This document shows, in pieces, positions 1 to 11,607 of a stretch of DNA of 64,000 bases. The notes beneath the pieces are model-generated. The model searched no databases. It was not told the DNA's origin and was given only the letters and a program-made list of their open reading frames with translations. Positions within the stretch are counted from its first letter, which is position 1; each line of letters starts with the position of its first letter. The translations under genes were made by a program, and so were the position numbers. Source of the stretch: Nemertoderma westbladi (taxonomy: Eukaryota; Animalia; Xenacoelomorpha); contig JAUCBJ010000700.1 in assembly GCA_032718475.1 (NCBI GenBank), positions 69,811-133,810 on the forward strand, read 5' to 3'.

Positions 1-950
1 TGGCAGCAGCATGGAGAAAATAAGCATGGTGGACAACCCATGACTATCGTGAGACGCTTCATTTATTATTATAATTATAGCATATAGGGTAGCCTAGGTC
101 TGTAGGTCAGTAGGTATTTCTTATTGGCAGAATGGTGAAGGAAGGGCCTGACACCTGACAGTCGCCTCTCCAGCTCTCAATACACAAGACTGCAGTACTG
201 CAGCAGTAGGCCTACTGCATGAATATTGAATACAGGAATAGTGAATAATGAATAGCTGTCCCCTCACAGAGTCTGGTGTTTTCAGTTATCGGTATACAAT
301 CCACAATCTGACAGTTCTGCAGTTTTTATAGGTCACTAGGACGGGTAAATCTTTTCGACCTACGCGTAGGACGATAAATAATAATTTAGGTAATAATGTA
401 TTAATTCAATAACAAGGGAAATAATGATTTAAAATTGCCACCACGTGAAGATCAATATATTTACCCAATAGTATGCAGGGCAAGTGTTTTAGGCATTACA
501 GTTATTGAATTTATGTATTGGGGTCGCATGTGACCCCAGGAACCTAAGGGTTGTTAAGGGATGTTTCCCACCTAGATGGTGGGGGGTAAAAAATTTATAC
601 GTTTTTTTGTTCACCATAACCAGGGTTATGCACTTCATGAAAACCAACCCAATTTACCTGCACACAAGAAAGCTGTGCTGCTGCAAAGTCGGGTTGGGGT
701 CACACATGACCCCAGGGACACAGAAGGGTTAAAGGGCACTGGCCTTGAAGATGCGGATAATCTCGCGAAAGTCATGGGGGATACGAAGTTGTGGCGGTGC
801 AAGTTTGTTGATAAAGCCGGGATAGCATTCTTAATGCACGCTGCATTGGGCTTGCCAATTGCGGATTGCATGGTGGTGACAAAATATTTTTGTTAAGCCA
901 GATTAGCATCTCAATGTGAAGCTTCAATGCAGCAGGCCGGTTATATTATA
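1..950 (+). mobile_element. Decayed RTE-type LINE 3' end, interrupted by an insertion (about 61-732) ending in a piggyBac-like ...GAAGGG/TTAA terminus
   Basis: 1-60 reads WQQHGENKHGGQPMTIV and 730 onward reads LKGTGLEDADNLAKVMGDTKLWR, resembling RTE ORF C-termini. The same two pieces are contiguous across a TTAA in the related copy at 15531-15620. Confidence 0.55.
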
Positions 951-1952
951 GAGATGCGACATCGATTCAGTCAGACTGCAGTAGATGCAGTATATTACAA
1001 ATGTTACAGAAATTTTATTAAAAACGAATGTGAAATGAAATAAACTACGTCTGTGAACCATTTCAAAAAATTCAGTATACATTATTTTACAATCAAGGCA
1101 AGGCATATTTTTTAGTACATGAGATTTCTCGAAAGATTTTTTACTTCGATAAAGAGGGCAGGGTAGATAGCTATTATAAGTATTGGATGAGTTGGCCGCA
1201 ATAAAATTAAAAAGAGATCCCGAAAATCGGGATCCCGAAAGTTGCAATCCCGATCCCGAATCCCGAAAATTGTGGATCCCGATCCCGCTGCAACACTAGG
1301 GTGTACATAAGAGGCCCCATTAGGGTACTTCGAGGGACATCCCTTTTTTCAGTCAAGTCTGTTGAAATAATGTTTCCTATTTTAACTTTCTTTTTGCGGT
1401 CTGAGAGGTGATTATTAATTAATTTTATTGACGTTGAATTAAATCCTAAGGCATCGAGTACTTTTCCACAGATGGTTTATGAACCGTATCTAGTATTTCT
1501 GACGTATCTAGTAAAGATGTATACAATTTTTGTACCGTTGTAATGATGTTTAGATAAATAAAAAACACATTTCTTTAAAGCAAATCACTTGAACTAATTC
1601 CCACAGAGAATGTGTGTTGGAAAGCCATTAAATACCGAATGACCGACCCCATTTTATCAGTTTACCTTTGAACTAATTCAATGTTTGTTTAGTAATTAAA
1701 TTGTTTTTCTTTGGTTAAAATATATCAAACAATTGTATAATAATTACTCAACTATTACCCCAATAATCTTGAACATTATTTATAATATTTTAAAATGTTT
1801 ATTAAATAATACTAATCTTGTCAGTCCCTAAATAGTGGAAATGTATAGACGATATTTATCAAAAATCGACAATAATAATAAATTAATTTTATTATTATTT
1901 TAATAACAAGGTGAATCTTCAGATAATAGATCTATTTGCGGTGATTATGATG

Positions 1953-2708
1953 GGCACTTATTTTTCCATCATTAAAATTAATTCTTTTTTTTTCTCTAAA
2001 TTTAGTGCAATACTCACCATGTTAAATAATTTTCACTAAAATTAATCACTTATCACTAAAATAAATCACTTATAACTAAATTTTATCACTTACCACTAAA
2101 ATAAATTCATTATCCACAAAATGAAATCTATATTTATTTTAGTGATGTAACTATATTTATTAGATATCCCACCTCTGCCTGTTTGGTAGCGTACCGTACT
2201 CCAGTACCCGTGTAGTGTACGCAGAGTACTATACAGTTACAGTGTGTACTAGTGTGCTAAATAGAAGTTACCAATTGAAAGGTAAGAGCAGGTTACAGTG
2301 GAGGGTTTTTCTAACCAAAACCATAAATAAATAATGTTGTTAACAATTCAGGTAAAGAAGCAGGTTACAGAGGTAGGCTTTCATAACCAAAACAATAAAC
2401 AACGTTGTTACCACTTGAGGGAAATGAGCAGGTTAGAGAGCTGAGCTTTTCTAACCAAAACAATAAACAATGTTGTTACCAATTGGGTGAAAGGACAAGT
2501 TACAGAGGTGAGATTTTATAACTAGTAAAATATGTACCGGTACTTCAAATCCCAATGCCAATAAAATGTATAGTTATGAATGATTGATTAATTTTAGCGG
2601 GGAATGATTAAATTTAGTGAAAAAAGCGCAATAAAAATAGTGGAAGAATGATTAATTTTAGTGGAAGAGATTTAGTTGAAAGAATGTTTAGTGATAAAAA
2701 AATTAATT
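1953..2708. mobile_element. Foldback/MULE-like non-autonomous element with an internal ~63-bp x4 repeat (2266-2525)
   Basis: Imperfect AT-rich inverted arms (cactaaaattaatca.../...tgattaattttagtg) flanked by a 12-bp direct repeat GTGATTATGATG (1941-1952, 2709-2720). Not seen in the paralogous upstream region of copy 2. Confidence 0.45.
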
Positions 2709-3428
2709 GTGATTATGATGTGATACAAGACTTACTCTGTACTTCACGTTATACCTACAGAGTTGTATTTTTCACATCACAAACATTACGTACCAGTCGG
2801 TAGGCTACATGTAATTCAGTAGGACTAAGTTTCAATTTTCTGGAACTTTTCTCGCACTACTCAACGCTATAACTATTAATTCCTATTATACCGTCGATGT
2901 TGTCTGTATAATAATGATAAATGAGTGTCAATCTGATAATTAACCGTATCGTATCGTAATATTCTTATAATAGGGGAACTTGGTCAGCCCTGACTTTGAA
3001 TTTATTGTAGGACCTTTAATTACTTTTCTGCCAAGATATTATACAATCTCCACTTGTGGATAAAATATACAATAATGATAATAATTCGATCGAGTTGTAC
3101 AATGCTGTAGGTATACATAAGTAAATATATTCTTGCCGAATTTAATCCTTCCCTTTTGAACGATAAGTTTCACAATGTTAAACTTCAGTAAAATGCTTTA
3201 ACATTGCAAGGAATTTATAAATACTACTACTAGTAGACTAGCTGCTTTTTAGATGTAATTTTGGTCCTTTTTATGATCTAAAATACAATAAAATGATACA
3301 ATCCACATGTGTTTCACATACAATTTCACCGTTTTAGACAATTTTTCATTGAAAAAACTATAAATTTTTAATCTTTAATTGATAACTGAAACGTTGGAGA
3401 CTCCCTAAGTTCATACAAATGAAAGAAG

Positions 3429-3723
3429 ATGACATTACTGGATAACGGTTCTGGTACTAGTGGGAACACGTCTCCGTCGTTACCCCGCCGTTACCATGAC
3501 ATCCTTGAGACTCCACTTCTTCCAACCCGCAGTCGCGGACCATTCCCCCGCACCGGGTACTTACGGTTACTACGCAACCGCTACGTCTGCGGAGTCTCCC
3601 TGGTGTTCCATGCGTTTACAGTCGGTGGTCTACTCGCTCTGCCAGGGGCATTCTTTCCAATTATGTCGATAAATAAAGGATTTACAGAGCCGCTAATAGG
3701 GTTGTTATTTGGTATATATGCTG
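3429..3723 (+). CDS. SLC18B1: SLC18B1-like vesicular MFS transporter, copy 1, exon 1
   Basis: ATG to GCT G|GTAAGT donor (phase 1). FFPIMSINKGFTEPLIGLLFGIYA resembles SLC18B1 TM1-TM2. Near-identical paralogous exon at 23740. Confidence 0.85.
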
Positions 3724-4323
3724 GTAAGTTTATGTGTTTTAAGTTTTACAGAGCCGCTAATAGGGTTGTTATTTGGTATATATGCTGGTAAGTTTATGTG
3801 TTTTAAGTTTTACAGAGCCGCTAATAGGGTTGTTATTTGGTATATATGCTGGTAAGTTTATGTGTTTTAAGTTTTACAGAGCCGCTAATAGGGTTGTTAT
3901 TTGGTATATATGCTGGTAAGTTTATGTGTTTTAAGTTTTACAGAGCCGCTAATAGGGTTGTTATTTGGTATATATGCTGGTAAGTTTATGTGTTTTAAGT
4001 TTTACAGAGCCGCTAATAGGGTTGTTATTTGGTATATATGCTGGTAAGTTTATGTGTTTTAAGTTTTACAGAGCCGCTAATAGGGTTGTTATTTGGTATA
4101 TATGCTGGTAAGTTTATGTGTTTTAAGTTTTACAGAGCCGCTAATAGGGTTGTTATTTGGTATATATGCTGGTAAGTTTATGTGTTTTAAGTTTTACAGA
4201 GCCGCTAATAGGGTTGTTATTTGGTATATATGCTGGTAAGTTTATGTGTTTTAAGTTTTACAGAGCCGCTAATAGGGTTGTTATTTGGTATATATGCTGG
4301 TAAGTTTATGTGTTTTAAGTTTT
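3681..4323 (+). repeat. 64-bp tandem repeat x10 spanning the exon 1 end and splice donor
   Basis: Unit tttacagagccgctaatagggttgttatttggtatatatgctggtaagtttatgtgttttaagt. The marker gccgctaata recurs at 3689, 3753 ... 4265 with exact 64-bp spacing. Confidence 0.97.
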
Positions 4324-5657
4324 GGGTTATTTGTTAGATATGCTGGTAACATATTAGTTATATATGCTGATATTGATGCAAATACGGATGTGTTGGTCCA
4401 GGAACCACATCTATGGACTGCATCTATCTATGGATCTGCTGGGAACATCTATAGGATTCACTGTAGTCCACTGCCTCCATCACCAAGAAATAGTCACAAC
4501 CTCGTACCTCTGGACAGAAACTTCATTTTAGGGCACCCTCTGGGCTCACCCGAGTCACCCCTAGTACCCCCAACCCCCACATGCCATCGCCTTCCATTCC
4601 ACACCTGCCACCGCCTCGGATAAACTCCAGGCTGAACAGCCATGGGACATGAACTTATCTTGTATGTGAGAAATGTCTCTCTTCTTGGCGCATAGATTGG
4701 TGGTATATGATTCAAGGCGGCAACATGGGGAATACGGTGGGGTCAGTGTAATAACCAGATAAATTGTGGCGTTACAAGGGCACCTGGCCATCAGCTGCTG
4801 GCAGCACTTGACAAGAACCCGAGGGTTCAGCCAATCCAGCACTACTGGGCAGATCAAATGCCCACTGGGGTAAAGATAGGGATTAAAAGTGAGGACACTG
4901 AGGGGTGGCATCTAGTCAATGTCAGGTATCCTTTAAATACCATGAGCCAGCCCGTTTATGTATCGAACTGTCGAGTTTTGTGGCACCGATCCACAATACT
5001 TTTACACCTGGCGCCAGTGAGCCAGCTCCACAAATAGTGGGATAGTCTTGTTTGAGTGACCAGCGATTAGGCCCAACAGGTCCCAACCTCGATAATGAAA
5101 ATTAATGAGGGCTCTCAATGGACACATTATCAAGGATGCCATACTTGACTGCTGGATAAAACAGCACAAGATCGGAGCAAGGGGCCATCCTGTAGTGCAC
5201 CACATTCACATGATATGTCTGATTCTGAAAACAAGGAAGAGGTACTGTATCAATCAAATATATAGACTGAGCAATGAACATTGCTAGTGAGCAGTGGACA
5301 AATAACATGTTAGTTGGAAGTTGGAAAATATATATTTTATTATAGACTAGACACAAGTTGTTCAACTTGTGTAAAAAAAATCCTGTTTTTCCAATTTCAT
5401 TCTGGAGGGCAAGATGACACTTCAACAGAACGCGTACAGTATACTATTTGATGAGACGCACACTTACTCAATATAACGAAGCTTATTGTGATTATGATGC
5501 GACCGTGCCAGACATTGAGAATTTACAGTATACAGTATGCTGATACTGTACATTAGTAAGTATATACATGTAAGTGGATAAATGATAAAGTGTGAGGAAC
5601 ATGCATCAGATTGCTGCCACCACTCGAAATAATATTCCCAAGGTAGCGGAAATACAT

Positions 5658-8161
5658 ATATATACAGTCCAACCAATGCCTCAGAGCCTGAAGAACCCTT
5701 GGCCCAGAAGACATCAAGGCCAAGAGTTACACCTATAACACCAGTTCTAACAGAAATGGGTACTTACTTTTAGGCCTAATGGAAGAATGTGAATTGATAC
5801 CAACAAACAACACATTCGAAAAGAGTAAGGGGAAGCTATGGACCTTTCAATACCCTAATGGAACCAAAGCACAACTGGATTACATCCTTATAAACAAAAA
5901 GTGGAGAAACAGCATGATCAACTGCGAGGCATACAGCTCGTTCAACCTAATTGGTTCGGACCACAGAATTGTGACTGCAGAGATCAGACTCAGTTTGAGA
6001 GCCAGCAAACCCAGGACAAGCAAGCAAATCAAATATGACTGGGAGAAACTCAGAACTGACAATGCAGTAAAGCATGCTTACATAGTAGAAGTTCAAAACC
6101 TCTTTGAAGCACTTCAGTCAATGGATGAAGACCAGTCCACACCAGACATATAATAATAATATAATACACAGACAATATACCAGAATATAATAACAGCCCA
6201 CAAGGAATCAGCTAAGAGGCATATCCCCCAGAAACCCAAACGAAAAAGTATGTGCCATGGCAAAACTCTGAGGTTACTTGTAAGAGAGAAGATCTCAAGA
6301 TAGCCTACAAAGTTAAAACCGAACAACCAACAACCGAAAACATTAACAAGGTTGAGAAAGCTAAGGACGATCTTAAATTGGCCTACAACATCAGCCAGGA
6401 AAAGTACATACAGGATAAAATTGAAGCAATTACAACTGCTCACATACAGCAACAATCAAGACTTACCTGGCAAACTGTAAATGAGGTATCTGGTCGGAAA
6501 AGTTGTGCAAAGGGGCGCCTCAAAGCCGATAGTCCTGAAGAAAGTGTTGGGAAGTGGAAAAATCACTTCAGCAACTTGCTTGGGCAGCCACCAAACACCG
6601 AGGTCAGCCCTACAAGGAAAATATATGACAAGCCACTACCTATAGAAACAGGGGACTTCACACCTGCCGAACTCCAAAGAAGCAATAAAAGCATGTCCAA
6701 TAATAAAGCGAGTGGATTAGATGAAATCCCAGCGGAGGTATGGAAAAGAGGAGTGCTAAACATACCATTATTGAATGTTTGCAACCGGATGTTAAAAGGG
6801 GAAAAGCCACCACCCATTTGGACTAAAGGTAACTAAAGCCTCTCCCCAAGAAAGGAGACCTCGGTATACCAACAAATTATCGTGGGATCTGTCTGCTTGT
6901 GGTAGCTGCAAAAATATACAATAAAATGATTCTATATAGGATTAGGCCTCACATAGAGAGACTACTGCGTAAGAGCCAAAACGGATTTCGACCAAATAGA
7001 TCAACAATAGCTCAGATACTTACACTACGGAGACTGATTGAAGGAATTAAGTCAAAGAATCTCCCCGCAGTCATGACTTTTGTGGACTTCAATAAGGCAT
7101 TCGACTCCATCCATAGAGGTAAAATGCTTGAAATCCTAGGAGCTTATGGAATACCAGAAGTAATTGTTGCTGGCATTAGATTGTTATCTTGTGACACATA
7201 AGCGCAGGTACTCTCACCAGATGGTGAAACTGAGATTTTCTCAATCCTGGCTGGTGTACTACAAGGCGACACATTAGCACCATTACTATTTGTAATTGTG
7301 CTGGATTACGCAATGAGGATGGCCACAACGGGTGAAGATCTGGGAATCACACTTCAAGAACGCAAAAGTAGTAGATACCGGCAACTACAGTCACAGACAC
7401 CAACTTTGCGGATGACATCGCCCTGCTCTCTAATACGCTAGCAGATGCACAGCTTCTACTAAATAAAGCGGAGAGGGCTGCTAAGGAGGTTGGATTGCAT
7501 ATAAATGCTACAAAGACCGAATTCATGACCTTTAATGTTGATGGAAACTTGACAACCATTGATAATAATCAACTAAGGAAGGTCAATGACTTCCAGTACC
7601 TTGGATCATGGATAGAGAGTAGCATAAAGGACATAGAAGTTCAGGAAAGCAAAGGCGTGGGTGGGTAGCCCTATCCAAAATGGATACCATCTAGAAATCA
7701 GATCTCTCCAGGCACCTGAAAACTAAGTTCTTTCGAGCCACAGTGGAAAGTGTATTTTTATGCGGGGGTGAGACCTGGACACTGACTAAATCACTTGAAC
7801 AACGAATTGAGGGTTGCTACACAAGACTGCTAAGGGCAGCCCTAAACATCAGCTGGAGACAACACATGACAAACGCCGAGCTTTATGGTAGAATACCACC
7901 TGTATCAACCACCCTCCGTGAACGCAGATTAAGATTCAGTGGGCACTGCTGGCGAAGTAAAGACGAGGTCATACCAGATCTACTTCTCTGGCAACCAACT
8001 CATGGAAAGCGTAGTCGTGGACGACCGGCCATAACATATATAGATCAACTTCAAAGGGATACTGAACTTAGGAGAAACGAAATTGCGACAACTATGGAGA
8101 ATCGGGAAGCCTGGAAGGATCTCATTTCCACTGTCCGAGTTCGCTCGACCTAGTAGTAGTA
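5658..8161 (+). mobile_element. 5'-truncated RTE-clade non-LTR retrotransposon (partial endonuclease + RT), frameshifted
   Basis: QLDYIL/SDHRIV (endonuclease); NYRGI, QNGFR, FVDFNKAFDSIHR, GVLQGDTLAP, FADDIAL (RT); RRLRFSGH, RGRP (RTE C-terminus); (TAG)n tail. Candidate 15-bp TSD gtagcggaaatacat (5643-5657) / gtaggggaaatacat (8162-8176). Confidence 0.92.
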
Positions 8162-8607
8162 GTAGGGGAAATACATCCAGTGCTTACAGGTGGTACTTTG
8201 TATCTTAATAACATAATACCCCAGATGTGGTTACTTAGATTAAACACAATCACATATTGATGACATGCCAGCACAGGATTGCACAAGTTCGTCAAGGCAT
8301 GGGTAGATTGAGAGCGGAACAGGCACATATTGATCATAAAAAAATCATACATAAATAGACATTTAACGACATTTAGTGTAGAGTATAGTTTGCTTTGGCC
8401 ATATAGGCCTTAAGAAGGGCTTTGCAGTTTATGTAGGAGTATATCCCAGATTAACTTTCAGTCTGTCCAAGAATAAAAATTCCACACGAACCAATTTACT
8501 GTACTCATTACTGTACTGCAGACTCCTATTATTTGTTGTGTTTAAAATAAATAACAATAATATTTTAATTTCCAACACATTATTAAATGTGTTTTTCATT
8601 ATTTTAG

Positions 8608-9511
8608 GTGTTCGATGTATAATGTATCCAATTGTGGGAAAATACCTCGCAGTAGTCGGAGTCAAAAGTTGTTTGACACTTGGCGCTAGTTTTGGTTCTG
8701 TGTGCACCATGCTGTTTGGTATACTGGTCTACTCACCTGATGGAGTGCAATTCGTCACATTGTGTTTCGTCGTAAAGATGTTCGAGGCTCTAGGAATGAG
8801 TGTTGCATTCCTAGCAACGTTCGCAGCTATCGCTTCCCTGTACCCAACGCATCGACTGTTAATGATAGGATTTGTACAGAACGCAGTAACAGTTGGGTTC
8901 ATGGTCTTCCCAGCCATAGGTGGCTTTCTATATGACTGGGGTGGGTTCATGGTACCATTTGTTGTCGTTGGAGGCGCGATGCTACTGAACTCGTTTTTGT
9001 TGATGGTTGCTATGCCTTCTGTGGAAGCCACTGTTACTAAAAGCGCGTTTTCTCTGTTTGATTTGCTACGAGATGGAATGAGTTTGATAGCTTCTGTCAC
9101 TCAAATATATTTCCTGATGGCGATTGGGTTTTATGATGTTACTTTCAGTTTGCATTTAAAGGATAAGTTCGGATATACACCATCCACAATCGGGCTGATA
9201 TTTTTGATTTCGCCATTTATTAACTTTATAGTCGGGATGTCTATGGCAGGTTTGTTACAAAGGTTTCCGAAAGTCAATCCCCTAACGATAGTGGCTAGTG
9301 GCGCACTCATTTTGACTGTAGGCCTACAGCTTATGGGACCAAACCCAATGCTAAACCTACCAACTGATATAGCTGTTGTCCTGTCTGGAGTTGGGCTGTT
9401 TGGCATTGCTGGTGGATTGACCTTCGTTCCAAGTATACAGGTTCAGATTAAAGTTGGTCTCCAACGACTCGGGTGGCCTGATTGTATTGAATCTCACGCA
9501 GTGATATCCAG
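8608..9511 (+). CDS. SLC18B1: SLC18B1-like transporter, copy 1, exon 2
   Basis: ttttag|GT acceptor (phase 1) and AG|GTAAGT donor (phase 2). MFS TM motifs GKYL..VG.K, PDG..F...CF.V, GGFLY..GG...PF.V.G. Confidence 0.9.
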
Positions 9512-10437
9512 GTAAGTCGACATTATTTGGTATTAACATTACTGTATGTTGCCCAACACCACCCTAATGCACTACCAATTACTACAGTCTACTTGCTTCG
9601 GGGATACAGTATTAAATCTTCAATTATTTAGCAAAATATTATCAGCTGTAACACATCAAACTTGGAAAGGCTATGATGGGGGTAAACAATACACCTACAC
9701 ATACACCTACTTTAGAACACTACTTTGTAGGCAGTATTAAAGATAGATAGTAAAGAAGCAGGTTACAGAGGTGGGTTGAAAGGAACCAAAACAATAAACG
9801 AGAGATAGGAAATATAATTTAATTGAGAATAAACAGTTTGTGGATCAACATTCAGATGTATTGGCTGACCAACAGGCTGTGGACTGCCAAATGAAAGATT
9901 ATCTAATATCAACCATCCATGCAGACAGGTGAAAATTAACATTGAATTTAATTTGGTCTTTTCATAAATTGTAAATTTAGTTGCGTATAAGATGTCGCTA
10001 AATTAAGATTACTTGCTTCACATAAATCACTGATGTACTCCTTTTACCAGTAGGCCTATCGGTAGCAGGTATATCTGGCTTTATACTGTAGATTGCAGTA
10101 ATTTACGTATTGCAGTACTGCTAGTTATATTCAACGCAGCAATGATAGATGGTACCGGAAGCCGAAGTACAGTACTATAGGCCTAGCCTAGTAACAAAAA
10201 AAGAAATGAAAGTTAACAAAAAGATACCGGTACATGGTCTTAATAGTGCAGCCATACCTAAGTAGGCCTACCTGTCTGCATACCTATAATAATGTTTACT
10301 TCTTGTCTATATGTGTCTGACGAGTAGGCTACCCTTATCATACCTATATCAGTATATTGCACGTATTGTAGGTCTACTTGTGTTACTGAACGCAACTACT
10401 CAACTATCGGCAGACCGGTGCCCAACTTACTGCAACA

Positions 10438-11105
10438 TACACCATATCCTGGAATATAGTGTCGTAATGGACCCCCCCCCCCCCCCCCCTCCCCAAATTT
10501 GTCTTCAAATCTTGATGAGATTGCATAAAATTTGAAACAGAGATAGTTTCATCTCCCTCCTCCTTAGTGAGTGAGCCAGAATTTTTATTTTCGCTTTCAA
10601 TCTATAGCTACAAGCGTTTAAAAAAAGTGTCTCCGTCGATATTGCACCAGTTACACCGCAGTTATTCTTCAACGATTTAGTGATTTGTTGGTACTAGTGG
10701 AAAGCTGGCCGTGCAAGGATTCCAAATATGAAAAAATATTTGAATTTGAATGGGAAATAGTTGAGTTATGGGCATTCGAATGTTACATGTATTTGCCAAC
10801 GATGCTGCATTGTACCAACAAATCACTAAAGGTGTGAAGGACCCCCTTGGAAATAAGCTGCAAAGCTTTAGGGGTAATCCTATATGTTATGTTGGACGAT
10901 ACCTTTTATACCGGTACATTGTTTGGTGTATTTGTTATTGTTTTTACATAATGTATAAATAAATCTATCTATAGATCTATGAAGAATAACTGCGGTGTAA
11001 GTGGTGCAATATCGACGGAGACACTTTTTTTAAACGCTTGTAGCTATAGATCGAAAAAAAATTCTTCAAATGTCATGCAATCTCATCAAGATTTGTAGAA
11101 AAGTT

Positions 11106-11136
<31 letters not shown>

Positions 11137-11165
11137 CGTGTCACTGAATTACGACACATGGTGTA
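10438..11165. mobile_element. MITE with long TIRs containing poly-C/poly-G tracts (TA-bounded, Tc1/mariner-like)
   Basis: Ends tacaccat..gtgtcgtaat / attacgacac-atggtgta and internal inverted blocks (aaaaagtgtctccgtcgatattgcacca). Partial second copy at about 11830-12135. Confidence 0.65.
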
Positions 11166-11607
11166 GGCGCAGTCATTAAAGGTAATCAAGGAAATCAATT
11201 AGATATTAAAGTTAATTCCGCATGTTTTGTTATGTCCCCTAAGAAATAATGAAATACATTACAATATTAGTAGGAAATGATATAGTATATAATATACTAT
11301 ACACTACACAATACTGTTTAATATACTGGTATATTATGATTATTCATTTTATTTCTTGCGATATTTCCTAATTTCCTAGCTTTTAAGGTTTTTAGCTTAT
11401 TTCCTAGGAATTAATGTTAATCACTAATTTCGCTTAAAACCTGCAACATATACACATGCAGATACACGTGCGATAGGTAGATAGGTAAAAGCGGTAAAAT
11501 CAGTGCAGCAGCTGTGTTAGAAGAAAGTAATCTTAATTTGGCGATATTTTAAACTCAACTAAATTTACAATATATGAAATGACCATATTAATTTCAATAT
11601 TTATTTT

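Noticed and set aside
1214-1298. gatcccga short repeats ending in gctgcaacacta
   Set aside because: Probably one end of a hAT-like MITE. No partner end or TSD was found, so it is not called.
8729-9406. Antisense ORFs conserved in both SLC18B1 copies (also 24885-25562) and antisense to the tetraspanin and CCDC93
   Set aside because: Shadow ORFs of the real sense CDS. Their conservation follows from exon identity.
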